Source of the DNA: Klebsormidium nitens
Taxonomy: Eukaryota > Plantae > Klebsormidiophyceae
Length of the DNA: 64,000 nt
Assembly (NCBI GenBank): GCA_000708835.1
Contig: DF237303.1
Location: 31,051-95,050 of the forward strand
Direction of reading: 5' to 3'
The first letter of the stretch is position 1. Each line of letters starts with the position of its first letter. Position numbers and translations under genes: made by a program. Positions 34,201 to 47,148 of this stretch are shown one piece after another. The notes under the pieces are model-generated. The model made no database searches and was not told the origin of the DNA. It saw nothing but the letters and a program-made list of their open reading frames with translations.

Positions 34201-35400
34201 TCAAAGTCTCTGTTTTTCTGGCTTCAATTTGCATCTGGAAGAAGACGCTGAAGCTCTTGACATGCTTTTCCTTCCAAACGCGGTCTGCCCTTGCTATCAG
34301 AACGCAGCTACTGGATTCAACTTAGGGAGACAAGCTTTTAATCCCAATGCTGGCGGTTTGACGTAAATCGTCAAATCTGTTGCCAGCAGATTAGGGAAGA
34401 CAGTTCCAGTTCGATTCTTTTTGCGCCGGACTTCGGGTGAAGTCTCGGCTGAGAGGCGTATGCTACCGCATATCTTCTTTCTTTAGGCCAATTCTGATTA
34501 TACTGCTCAACTCTGTTGCAGATACAAAGGTCTTCGGAAAGAGCTCGAGGAGCGATTGCAGCTGCTGACGAAAGATGACGTAGCAACTGTCATCAGGAAC
34601 GTCGCGAACAGGGGGTCCTCCTCTCGGCGACAGGGTAAAGTGAGCTGCTTACAAAGACAGCGGAAGGCGATCCGGTTTTCCACTTACTTGGCCTCAAGAA
34701 GTAGATAGCTCGATCGTGCAGCTGATTTTGCGAAGAGCTTTGTACGCGCTGAAGGCGTGTGCTATGTATAACGAGACGTTGCACTGGTTGCCGAAAGGTA
34801 AGCGATGCTCGCCAAGAACCTCCTTTTTTAACTTTATTGGGGGCTTGCAACCATGGGAATGGTGGTGCTTTCGAGCAGACAGAGTCGTCCAAGCTTTGAA
34901 AAACACGAACCGCTTTCTTGCAGTCTAAGCATCTGCTGGAACCCCTGGCCATGGCTAAACGGAGCCCGACTCTCTTCTGGTGAGCAAATTCTCGTCGTTC
35001 TCCGGCTCTCTCCCCAATTGTTTCTTTCCAAATGTGATACAAGTAACAAGGTGGTGAACAGTCGAAAGGCGTACCTACCTGGCACTATCTGACAGCAATG
35101 TTGCAACGGGCGTCATTCCTATGTTGTTGTCATGATGATGTGATGAGCGGAACCGCTACTCTACTGCAAGCTGAGTCGAACACTTCTGTTTTTGGCGCTG
35201 ACAAGCTGACATGAACAGCTTTCCCCTTTGCAAATCTATTGAGCATGTACGAGACGGGGGTTGTTGATCACAAAGCTCTGCTCCTCCCTAGGGCACTTGC
35301 AAGCTGTTACTGTCATTGACAGTCGTCTTCATGGATTGCAGGAACGCTGTGCACCATTACGGATCAGCACAAGATGCTGTTAAGGAGGCTGTGCCGAGCT
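31216..35400 (+). CDS. Hypothetical protein with basic/acidic N-terminus (possibly nuclear); 3' exons uncertain
   Basis: Phase-consistent exons 31216-31356 (MGPRKSTTPKKLPMPEPLEEDKQPPAGESDEEYDGDESSEEEKEEEL), 32596-32670, 33248-33367, 33810-33880 and 34522-34634. Candidate terminal exons near 34722 and 35343. No family recognised. Confidence 0.6.
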
Positions 35401-37354
35401 GACCTGAACGTCCCAAAACCTCTGCTTGTCTTGCACCCTAGGATATCTCTATGCGTTTCCGCTTTCAATTCACTGAACAGACTGTCTGTCTAGCAACAAG
35501 AGGTTTATCAGAGGTAAGGTGTACAGCCCTGTACATAACTAGGAACCCGGGTTCTCCAAGCTGGAGCTAGCATAGCCGAGTAGGTAGCGCCACAATAGCT
35601 GGTCCAGGTATGCGTCCATGAGTTGTCCAATTTACCTAACCTTTCGTTTGACTCAGTGAAGGCTTCCCTTCACTTGCCAGCACTGACTCTGGATATATGT
35701 TTGCAGGCGCTTGTAACCTCTGCATCCAACTTGCAAACTCCTGGGCCCTGCGGCATACTAATGTTGCTGAGCTGTTCGCCGGTCTTAGTTTAGCCGGTCA
35801 AAACAAGCAGATTAATCATAAATCTAATCATGCGTGCAGATTTAGTGCAATATGACGTGCTCTCGCACGATACGGATGATAGGCTCCGACATCACCGTTG
35901 TACGCTATACAGAATGTTCGCATGCAAGCCTGAGACATATGACACTTGATGCCAGCAATGACTGAGTCGCCCACGACCCTTATGCATGTATATGCTTCGA
36001 GGTTTCAACATGCTCTGTCCGATCGAATGACGCAATCATGTGCTTGAACATAGTATAGGCAAGAAGACTTGAACTTCGATAAACATGGTCACTGGCAGAT
36101 CCGACACCGCACCTTATGATTAAGCTGCTAAAGTCACTGCAACTATGGTTTAGCTCATCATGGCATTACGCATACTCATGTGGTGTATGAATGAATCCGC
36201 CATTCGCTTCGAGTACATGTGACGTATACCCTCCCAGATCGTTCAACATATACAGTATGCGCGTGATTCAGGCGCGCATTGGCCGCGGCGTCTTGCATGT
36301 TACGAACCAATCAACAAAGTGTCGGATTTGTAATGTCAGGAAATAAGCCTGTGCTTCGTCATGGTGACTCTCCAGCCGCCAGCCAGCCATGCATGAGCCG
36401 ACCTGCGCAATCTCATTCAGACGTTACGTGCTCACCACCTTTATAGAAGCGCTTCGGCGCGTCAACCCTGCAGCTCAACACAAGGTGAACCGTCCATGCA
36501 CCGAGAGGTTCGTCAGCTCCCTATAACGGGTGAGACCCGCCCGAAAACATTGATTGCGGCAAAAGTGACGAAGCGGCTCAATTCCTGCTCTGTCGCACCA
36601 TTCTTGTGACAAGAGCCATGCTTCAAGACAGGCTGTCCGCCCTTATAATCAAGAATATTTCCCTTTCAGTTTCTTGCATCAGGTTGGCCTAATCAGCAGC
36701 CTTGAATATACTCATCTAGAATCGAAGGAGCTTGTTGACGTGAACGGCTTAGAGCGACAGATCCCTGTGAGATTCCCTCTGAAACAAGCTTCTTGCCTGT
36801 TTTGATAACTCAAGTTGTTGACAGTCGTGGCTCTGATCTGTCATGAGCTGTCACAGCGCGACGAAGCAGTAACTTCGTCAATCGTTCTTTTGACATATCC
36901 TGCTTAAGCCATGCGCGCGGCTGCTCATCTACATGCAAGTCGAAGAACAGAGACGCTGCCGCTGATTACAACCGCAGGCGACGTCGGGCGATGAGTGGCT
37001 GCTTTCAAAGGCAAGACCTTGCAGAGAATTTTACCAAGTCAAAGATTTCTATCTTCTGTCAGCAAAATTCGCCCACAGTAGGTCTCGTTACCCCGATACG
37101 ACGGAGCCTCGGAGGCTCACAAAGGTAGATGCAACATCTGCTTCAGAGTTCTCTGCCATTTCAAGTTGATTTTGAAAATTTCGCCAAAGAAACGAAGATA
37201 ACATTCAACCCAGTGAAGCTTCCTTGTTGCAGACGCGACTTCTCTTTCTCTCCCTGAGGCATTTTCGGACACGCTTCGAGCACGTCTTCTTACCTTCCTC
37301 AGCTCTTTCCCTGTTACAACGCCTTCGTCTCTTCCTTGACCTACAAACCAATCC

Positions 37355-40300
37355 ATGGCTGCCACGTGGTTCCCCTACATGGCGTCTCTCTGCGCTCTGC
37401 TTCTGCTGACCGTCTCCCCGGCGCTCGCCTCCGCGCGCGCGCTCCAGCAAGCCCCCCCGGGGCAACTACCCGGGACAAATCTGCCGTTGCTCGGCGCCCC
37501 GCCGGTGCCCGGGGTGGTTGCACCGGGGCCCGCAGCAGTCACCATTATGGGTAAGTAACACCAGTATGACAAGCGATGTGCTTGTGCGAGTCCTTTTGTA
37601 ATGGACGGCAGGTGTATAGCCATTCATCGTCAAGAGAACGGGAGCAGCAACCCTTCAAATAGAAGGACAAGCCTCTTGGGTGTCAGCTAGCCGAAAAGTT
37701 TGTTCTCAGTCTGCCTCTGAAAGGGAGGTTCTTTCTTCGTGTTGCACCATGTGCTCTCAGAACTTCCTTAAAAGCCACCTTTCCGACTCTGCTTGTGGTT
37801 ATCACAGACTGCCCCTTGGTCTCAAGACCGTCTCAAGTGCCTCGTTACGACCTTAACTCATCTACAACTCCAGAACTCTTTCCTTCAGCTTCTCGTTTAC
37901 TTCACAACCACTGTCTTCCAAACCATGAGGTCATGACGTCCTTTGCCAACGATGATGTCATGCCCTTTCCTGCAGCCGGCACGTGTCCCGGGGTCAGCTT
38001 CAACGCCACGGGGCTGGGCCAGGTGGCTGCCACGTGTCTCGGTACCAACCACCCGATCTCGTGCTGCCTCGCCGTGAACCAGCTGTGGGACAGCGCCGCG
38101 CTCGAGTCACCCGCCGCCGCGCAAGTAAGACATTCTTTTTTCTATGTCTCTGAAACTGTTTCGCAAATATTCGTTCCCTTTCTCTCGTCATAACTTTCTT
38201 TCTGTTCCCCCGCTGCTACGCAAGTAAGACACTCGATAACGTCTGTTCGAGTTGTTCGAGTTGCCTGACAGGTTCCGGAATGCACCGGTTTCATTCTGTC
38301 CCTTTAACTTCCATTCCCGTTCTCCCGCCGCCACGCTAAATCAGACACCGTTTTCTCCATTCAAACGAAAATTTTCTTTGCGTTGTCTTCATACAAGCTT
38401 ACGCTCTCCGGCCCCTGCCGCGCAAGCAAGACACATCGTCTCTTTGAACTCCTGAAATCGTTTCAAATTGTAACGTCTCCATTTTCATGGCTCTAAAAGT
38501 TCTTCGGTTCACCCCAAGAAAACACTACAGACGCTCTTCTGAAGCGTACGCCTGACGCCTGGCGAGGTACTGAGCGTTTCCGAGCTCTTTCCAGTGATCA
38601 CGTTCACAATGCTGTCAACCTAGCTATAGTAATGGGGAAAGTTCTTACTAGGTTTTCACTTCGCTCCGGCGTTTTTTCGCTTCATCTTTCCCTGCCCACC
38701 TGCATCTCTGTCCTTCATTCATTGCCTGCCTTTTCACCATCTGAAGTCAGCTTCCGCTCATAGCATACACTCGTGCTTTTCATATCGTATGCTTCTCTTT
38801 CTTTCGAACGCTCCGGCCAGCCTACGTGGATCCCGACGCCGAGCAGGACTGCCTGACGTTGACCGCGCAAGTCAGCTTCCATTCATAGCGTATACCTCTG
38901 CGCCTGTATACTTATGCTTCCCTTTTTCTCCAGACATTTGGCCAAGCGAACGCAGATCCCGTCGTCGAGCAGGACTTCTCCGTTGCTAATGGCTTATCCC
39001 CCAAAGTATCATCATCTGGACTCGGCTTCCGACATAGCGTATGCTCGTGCGTCTCATACCTTATGTTTCCTTTTCGTCCAGACTCTCGGGCAGGCGTACG
39101 TGGATCCTGACGTCGAGCAGGACTGCCTTGCTGTAACCGCTCAAGCGCTCCAGGGGCTGGGCCTGCATTCCGCTCTAGTTGGGCTGTGCGCGGTAAGCCT
39201 TCTCGTGACCGCAGGTTCGATCAAACCTGGCCACCTGACCCTGGTCCGGTTGCAGAACCTGACCCGATGTGCAGAACTTGGGCCGTTCGATGGGGACTCG
39301 TGGGGTCATCGAAGGGTCCAAGTTCTGCCTGTTGGGCACGTTCTGCAACCGGTCTGGAACGGACTTGGGTCAGGCCGTCAGGGTTCACCGAAGCTGCATA
39401 TTTCCCTGTTCCCTTTTCCCTCCTCCCTGCATCTTGATTTCACGATGCTAGCAAGTCTGATCCTGATCCTTTTTCACGTGGTTTTTGTGGAGTTTTGCCC
39501 TGCTTTCAGAGCTCCTTTTAAATGTCTCTTCGTTTGGCAACTCGACGGGGGCTCCCTATCGTATCTGAGTTCGTTCTGCACTCCATCCTCCGAACGTACC
39601 TGAAGTTCTTGAGAGCGCGCTTTTGTTCGGTTGCAATATTTCCTTACATCCCCCCCGTCCTTTCCACTTTCTCGCCTCTGACCCTTGGCTGAAGATTAAA
39701 GCTGACGTCACATACTCCGCAGCGCGGCTTCACGCTTCCCCCCACACTCCAGCGCGGCCCCAACCGGTGCCCCAGCGTCGACGTGTCGGCGCCGCTGATC
39801 CAGAACGTTGTCAGCGCGTGCCAGAGCGCGCAGACGTAAGCGTGACGTCCTTCAAATTGTCCTTAGCTTTGCCCGTCTTTTGTTCGCAGTCTCTGCTACA
39901 AGTTAAGAGCGTTGTGGGCATTTCGGAGCTCGCAAGCAAAGCGTAGTGCCTCCACGTTTTTTCTCCCGTGAATCGGCTTGTTCCGTCAGTCTGTGCGCCC
40001 ACGAAACACTTTCCTTTCACCAGTGAAGACTCTTTCAACTTCTCTCAGGTTGGATTTGTCAGCGCCTTTAGAGCTCATTTGAGGCATTTCGGTTCGGACG
40101 TAATGCTTTCCTTTGGACTTTGGCAGACCTTGGCAGACTGCACATTTTTCCTTTTCACATGTCTGTCGCGCACGCCTCGGTTTTCGTCCCCGTCTGTCAA
40201 GAGACTTTCACCCACCGTAGTACGTTCGAATCTGAATCATTTCTCCGTCACTTTCTAGCTTGGTCAGCGTATTCGTCAAAGGCTTTGATCGAACGAGGCG

Positions 40301-42153
40301 TGACGAAGGGTGATGCAAACGGAAGAGTTTCAAAAGGATCGTGAAATACGGAAATTGATAAGATGCTTCACTTTCTCCTGCAGTCCCAACGACGCATGCG
40401 GCCCGTGCTTCAACGCGATCGCCCAGTCCGCAGTTACCCTCCTCGGCAACGCCGTCAACGCAACCCAGGTGCGTATCCTTTTTAAGCGTGAGCTGACAAT
40501 CTGACTCCGAAGAACAGCGCTGTGCAGGGCAGATTCGGTATATTATATATGTTGGTGCAATTTACGTCAATTGTTTGTGAAGTTTCTGGAGCACGCCAAC
40601 GAGCTTTCTAGGAATTCAATGATGAAAATTCTTCCGTGTTTCCACCCTACTTGCGCTTCTTCTGAGAACGCGAGAATCAAAACTTTGCGAATGTCTCGGT
40701 AAGAGTGCAGAGCAGTCCCCGTTGCATGATCAGAACGGTACTCAGATGACAAACTGCCCACCCGGAAAGCAGTGGGGATTCCGGGCTCGTTCTTGATTTG
40801 GAACATCAGAAGAGCTGTAGGCGACTGCGCGCCACATTCACACTTCTTTCAAGCTTTAAGTGATTCGCATACCTTTCGTTAGCTGATATGATGTAGTGTT
40901 GCTCTCTTGAGCTTGTCGTCAGTCAGGCTTATCTTCTCGTCTCAACGAGCAGGTAACAAGTTTCTCGTTTCTCTTGACCCTTCGTCAACCAAACAGTAGC
41001 GGCGCCATCAGAAACACGACCATGCCGTTACCCTCGTTCTAACGTCACGCTCTCGTCACGCAGGCGGTCGCCCAGGCGCAGGGCGTGCCAATCGCGGCCG
41101 CGGGCGTCGCGCTCGCGGGCGGGGCCCTGCAGGCGGCCGCGGACTGCGTGCAGCTGGTGAAGCTGCGCGTGCTGGAGAGCAACCCCGGCGTCTACAGGGC
41201 CTTCGCGCTGCAGGATGTCGTCAGCAACGTCGGCTGCCGCCCGCTGGTGGGAGAAAAAGTCGAGCGGTTTCGTTTTGGGGGGTGGTGATTTTAATGATGC
41301 CTCTCTCCCTCGTTTCGAAAACTTGTGAAGCGACTCGGAAGACGCCTTCGTTTCCTTTTTGTTCAGTGCAAAGACTCTTTCCTGTAAAAAAAGGAAGGCC
41401 CAAATGTGGTAGCACGTGGAATCGCGGTGGGGGCAGTCGAATTTGATTGTCTATTAAAATGGATATTCAATTGGCGTGGTACAGTCAGCTTGTGAAGCGA
41501 TCTGGGCCCGTTGTCTCGAGGTGGCTTAGTTTTAGTTTAAGAGGATTGTCATTGTGAGACGGTTTCCCTTCGATGGTTCTGACGACAGTCAGTGCTGATG
41601 TCAAACAAAAGTAAGGGTTAGGACGTCCTGAGCAACGACAAAACCTTAGTTGAAGCGATACACCAGTCTTTTTTCTTGGTTTATGCTCGAATATGAAAGA
41701 ACTCAGAAAGAACCCATGGAAAAGACCGACGAATTTATATTTTGATCAAGTGTTTGCGGAAGGAGAATGGGTGTGTCTGTGTCGAGTTTACTTTAGGAAT
41801 GGTTGTTCTCGTTGATCCTTACTTTTCCAGGCTTCTTGTTCACGGTCAAAATCAAAAGCAAACAGTACTACGCCAGTAACGTGCACACAGCTCCTCTGAG
41901 TCTTCCTCTCCCATCAAATCAACCTACCAGCAATTTGAAAAGCGACTCTTGTGCGCCCACAAGGTAACCTTTATCATCGTAGGGTGCGACTACAGCGTAA
42001 CCTTTATAGAATATGCGATTGAAAACCTCCATTTTTTCTTTCCGCCCGTAGCTCGGCGCAATCCAAGCCGTGGCCCCGGGTGCTGCCAGCGCCGTCGGAG
42101 CTGCCGTTGCTGCCGTCCAGTCCAACGGCCCGACTTCCGGAGGTGGCAAATAG
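37355..42153 (+). CDS. Secreted SPARK-domain-like cysteine-rich protein, 312 aa, no TM or kinase
   Basis: Exons 37355-37550, 37976-38124, 39082-39192, 39723-39835, 40384-40468, 41064-41246 and 42052-42153, phase-consistent. Signal peptide MAATWFPYMASLCALLLLTVSPALA. Twelve Cys in the mature region in the pattern CP..C..CC..C..C / CP..C..C..C..C..C. Confidence 0.75.
38105..38435 (+). repeat. Donor-spanning tandem copies after SPARK exon 2, ~100 bp period
   Basis: CCCGCCGCCGCGCAA|GTAAGACA real at 38125; copies near 38224 (GT intact), 38335 (degenerate) and 38426 (GC). Confidence 0.8.
38740..39135 (+). repeat. Acceptor-spanning tandem copies before SPARK exon 3, ~145 bp period
   Basis: GATCC(C/T)G(A/T)CG(C/T)CGAGCAGGACT at ~38829, ~38955 and the real exon ~39103. 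The upstream motif CATAGCGTAT...TTATG(C/T)TTC recurs in each unit. Confidence 0.82.
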
Positions 42154-43196
42154 TTTCTAAGTTGGAGATAGATTGGACCTTTGTTTGGCGCTCATGTTGG
42201 AGACCGACAAGACCTTGTGCTGAGAAGAGAGTCCAGTAAAGCATACAATGAATTTGAGCCACCCCTATGCTACCTGCGTTTGACGCCTTCGGTTGTGCTA
42301 CACGGTTCCAACCTTGTTGAAAATCTCAATGTCTCAAACAATCTTGTTGAATTGATTGACTTTAGCCAAATGTTGCAACATTTGACTACCTGACTGGCAG
42401 CTAACGATGCATGCATCATGAACGTCTTCAGCACCATGACCCTCTTTTGCAATCCGCGCGGCAGCTTGTGGTGAAACCACTCTTGTCATGCAACGTCGGG
42501 CCAATCAGCCCAGCATGACACACATCTTATGTACCGTACTTTATACTATGCTTCTAAGCCGATACCTTAGCATGCCTGATATGTAATTATGATACCGAGC
42601 CTTTGCATCGACTCCCCAAGCCGTGTCTATCGCTCATGTGCAGCGCACTGATGCCGCCGGTGCTGCGCGCTGGCTTAAATAGGATGGATAAGGGAAATGG
42701 CGGCCCGGCCATACACCGCTCACTGTCACAGTGTGAACGATCTCAGTACGGCTAGAACCTTATATCAGTCTCCATCGATCGCGTCAACATACGAATATGA
42801 CGGACAATGTTTAAATTCGTGCACGAATAAAGATGCGCATGTGTGTACGTATCCGGCACCGTTTCAAGCGCAGCGTATTGAACTAAGTTAGCTTGCCCAT
42901 GATCAATTGACGGTCAACAATGAAAAGGCGGCTGCGCGCCCACTATGGATTGAGCTAGTCGGGTATAACACCTCTGCAATAACCTAACGTCAGCTAGACG
43001 CCGGTTACAACTGTCCGTGCCAAAGCAAGTTTTTTCCATACGTACAAAGCCTGGTGACTAGGTTCTGGAGTAGCTTACTTAGTCGGGCTAGAGTCCGTGA
43101 TGATCCACTGAACAAGGCACGAGACATGACCCAGGTCTGAAAAATACTCTCAATGACGACTCTTACTGAGCCATATCAACAAATTTTATCTCCTAA

Positions 43197-46100
43197 CTAG
43201 CTGGCTCTACTTTTACAATCTGTCCGGTGTTTCGGCCAGTCCTTCCGTTGACAATCAACCCCACAATAGTACACCACCTTGCAACCCGAACACCGCTTAG
43301 CGAAGCTTGTTCTTGTTCTACACTTTGCACACGCCTTTTCCGGAGCATCTGAGGCGCTATCCTGTGTGGCGTGTGCGGTTCGTGTGCTAACGCTCAACTT
43401 TTGAAGGTCCTCCATGATAGCTTCAACATGCCTATGATGTTCCGCATCCAGGCTCCTACCCGCCAAGGAGGTTTTGATCTGCCTTGCAAAGCTTTCAACC
43501 ACCTCGAACTTGTTGGATCCCCAATCGTATACGATCTTCACGCTTGAGGTACCCGTCCGGGTTTGAATGCCCCCATATTTCAAAATTTTCCGGTCTGTCC
43601 GAATATCCTCCGTCAGCAGCTTCAACACCCGCTCGCGCTTTTCAACGGCCCCGGGGTCATCCTCTTGAAGTTTCTCAAACTTCGCAACCGACAACGGCCC
43701 CACTAACGCCTCCGCGAGACTCCTCCGCAACTCCTCCCGCTGACCTATGGCACTCATGGCGAGCACGGAGCACAAGTCGTACACTCGCCGCACGAACACC
43801 GAGCGAAACAGCTGTGTCAGCAAAGCAGGCACCTTTTTGGCGACTATCAACGTCACCAACCTAGGCAGCTCGTTCATTGGGAGTTCCGTCGCTTCCTCCG
43901 CGTCGCTCGGCGGAACGAACCTCCCGTCCCGCGAGACCGTCGGCACCGCGTACCGGAACGCCAGTACGAGAAAGTCCAGCATGTTGGCGAGCCAGTAGAG
44001 CTCCTCAACCATTACCGTTGCCGGCGCTGCTTGCACGATCTTGCACTTGACCGCATCTAAGAATTCGGGGAACAAGTGCGCGAAGAGTTGGTCCACCGAC
44101 AATCTGCCCGCGTGATATGCGTGGGCGATAGCCGAGCGCGCGCGCTCGTAGAGGCGCTCGTCGATGGCGGTGCCCATGAGGTGGCACGCGGTCTCGAGTA
44201 CCGGCGCAGGGACGTCGCCCGAGTGCTCGACCGATAGAAGGTAGGCTAGCTCGATGAAGCACATTTGGAGGTGCTGCATGGGGGGAAGAAGGAAGCAAGT
44301 TGGAAACTGAACTCGGTCGCTTGGTGATGTTTTGGTATGTAATTTAGGGCGAAAGAGTCCCTCAAATTGTGCAGCTTTTCTCGATGCGAACAAGAGAGAT
44401 CAGTTCAAAGGGGGATGGAAAGCGCCGCTAGTTTGATCCTTCTCGGACTACTTAGAATTACCAAGAGAAACACAAAGAGCGTCTGCTGGTTCTGTATCAC
44501 TAGGAAGCCACCCTCTTTCTCGTGCCGTTTCGTTCAGCTCTTGCCAAGGATCAAAATAACAAAGCAACGGTTTTGGAGAAGGTTGGTAGGGCGTTGACGG
44601 TTCTGGTGTGAAAAGGCGGCGAAATACGTCGTGGAGATTGCTGGCTCGGTTTCAGAAAGGGCCAGCAGCGCATGCGAACCAGACTGAAGGGCCTTCTCTG
44701 GGGTCACCGTTTGCATAGCACGCGCACGAAAAGAAGACTGTGAAGCAAAAGACTTACCCCGACACCCGCGTGCAGATTCGGTGCCCCGTGCTCGACTAAC
44801 TTCTGCAGAGCGAGCGCAACGTTCAAAGCGTCGTTATGCCTCGCCAGCTTCTTCCTTGCATTGCGGTACAGAGCCGCTTGGGGGCTGTCCGATCTGCGAC
44901 GAAAACGAGAGTCGAAAGTTTTAATCCTTTCAAAGAGAAGGCAGCCAGGTTTTGGAGGATCTACCTGTTCAGTCATTCACTTTCTCACACGTTTCGAACT
45001 AGATGCGCAAGACTGGGCTTCGAGGGCTTCAGAGGACGGAGTTCCTGGCAGCGCCAACCGATTGAAAGTATGCTCTGCCCTCAAGGCAAATTTACTTAGA
45101 GCCGGTATTTTCCGTTTCAAATCTTGCCTGTCCTGTGTCCAAGTATCTTCCTTGAATTTGGTGGAAACATTCCCCCTTGGCAATCTTAGCAGACCTTCAG
45201 AGCCTTGGCTTTGTTTAAATCAAGCGTGGGCGCACGGAGGTCCACGGAGTTTTGTTTTAGGAAGGGCAATCAATATCTGGATAGTAAGTTAAGTTGGCAA
45301 CATGATTCTTACACACACCTGGCAGCATGCCTACCCAATTGCAGTTTAGGAAGAGAAAGCAATGAAAGGGTGTGTATGGCCTTGCAGAGCTCGATGACAA
45401 CGCCCCAAAAAAGGGGCTTTCAACAGGGAGTCGAACCTTGGCGGATATATACTTGATGGTGAAACACGACCTGGACAGGACGGTCCTACGTTCCTGGTTC
45501 TCCAACTTTCCTCGCTACCCAAGTTGGAGCTCTTCAAAAAATGCAAGCAAAAGAGAGGTTTACAAATGTGCAGGTATCTTTTAGAAATTGGTGGGATAAT
45601 GTTCGTACAACCCCACGGCACCCAGAGAAGAAGAATGCAGTCTGCCCCATGCGATGCTAGCGCAAGCCAAGAAGGCCACTGGTTCCAGACATAACTGATA
45701 AAACAGTAGAGCCTAGCAGAACAAAGTTCACCTGTCCTCCAGCCACAGCGTTCCCAGGACGCTCAGAGCGTTGAAGTGTGCAGAGCTCAGATCCTCGGAC
45801 ATGGCGGAGGTCTCTCCCAGCAGGTACGGGCACACAGCGTCGAGGAGACCTGCAGAGGACAGAGAAGAGAAAGTCAATTTAGGCAATTGTTTGGAAGAAA
45901 TCTCTTGTCTCGGTCCTTATCAGACGCCCATCTCTTATCAGAAAGGCGTCCCTTTTCCCATAGAATCCAGAAGTATGTTGTCAACCTCAATGCAGGGTTT
46001 GGCCCTGCTTGAATCTCTCCCTAAACAAGCAGTGACCCTAACTGATAGTTGGACCCCCAGACCACGTTTTACTGCTGTACACCTACTTTGTATTCTGATC

Positions 46101-47148
46101 TGGTTCGAATCTGCACTCTTACCTTTGCCCGACCAGGAACAGAATCCAACAGATGTGATCATTCAAAGCAATCAGAGGTATAGGAGTCCCCTCCAAATCA
46201 ACATCCGGCTTCCCTTTAAAACCACAACGGTCAAGTACTGGCATGTTAACTCCCCCTATCTTGTACTATGACAGAACACCCCAGCGAATCTATTGCGAGG
46301 GGTTTGCCATGCTGTGAACCAAGTTTTGACAAACCGGTAGCCAACTTTCGAGGTGCTTCCTGACCCAAGATTCCACTCTTACCTGGCATAGTGACCAGGT
46401 CCTCATTTTGCAACTCCAGACTCACTGCCGCGTGCACAATCGCCGACGCATTGAACGACAGCGAGTCAAAGATTTTCTGCTCCATCGGATTACTCAAATG
46501 TGGCCCCAGCGCTGATAGCGCCAACCAAGCCTTCGCCGCTAGCAGCACAAACCCTTCTTTTGCCAGCCATTTGTACGTTTTCACAGTGGCTCTGTAAGGG
46601 GGATCCCCCGGCCGATGGCTCTGCAGGGGCTTCCCCATGACCGACAGGAAGCAGAGGGCCCCGCGCAACAGCTGTGCTCCCAACAGGGCCCTGTTTTGCT
46701 TCTCTGTTTGTGACTGAATCCCAGCTCTGCCGAAGAGGCCCTGTTTATCAGCATCTTTGACTATCCCTGCAATCGGTTTCACTGCGCCGAATTCCCATCC
46801 CTTTGCCACCAATTCCGGCACACGCTCCATCAAGTTTACCATGTTGGCCAGAGTATTGAGGGTAGCCTTCTCGTCTTCTAGACTGCGTAGATTCTGGCAC
46901 AGAATCTTGAAGACTCCCTTCTTCACAAAGTCCTGCGCTTTAGCTACACTCGCGACCTGCATGTGGATCGTAAACGCATCCGACGTGGAGAGCCGTCTCA
47001 ATCTCTCGCGCTTGCTTCCAGAAACGTCACTGCTAGGACTCTCGTCAGACAGAGTTGCACAGAATGCTAGAGCCTCCTCCACTTCTCGCATTGTCAGCAT
47101 AACCAGCCCCGAGCTTCTGTCGTCCTCCAGCTGCCCTGGCGCTGCCAT
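43197..47148 (-). CDS. Helical-repeat (ARM-like) protein with C-terminal MYND zinc finger, 698 aa
   Basis: Exons 47148-46383, 45849-45732, 44893-44758 and 44273-43197, phase-consistent. The C-terminus CAKCRTRTSFAKRCSGCKVVYYCGVDCQRKDWPKHRTDC is a canonical zf-MYND. The ARM-like call rests on amphipathic helical segments only. Confidence 0.85.

Noticed and set aside
42532-42753. CCGTACT...AGTACGG inverted pair as a third MITE
   Set aside because: Only 7 bp of inverted match, and no TA duplication on the right side.
46122-46206. Extra AG/GT-bounded exon (KPDVDLEGTPIPLIALNDHICWILFLVGQ) in the MYND gene
   Set aside because: It exits in phase 2, whereas the next protein-like exon (45849) needs phase 1. 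The model is consistent without it.
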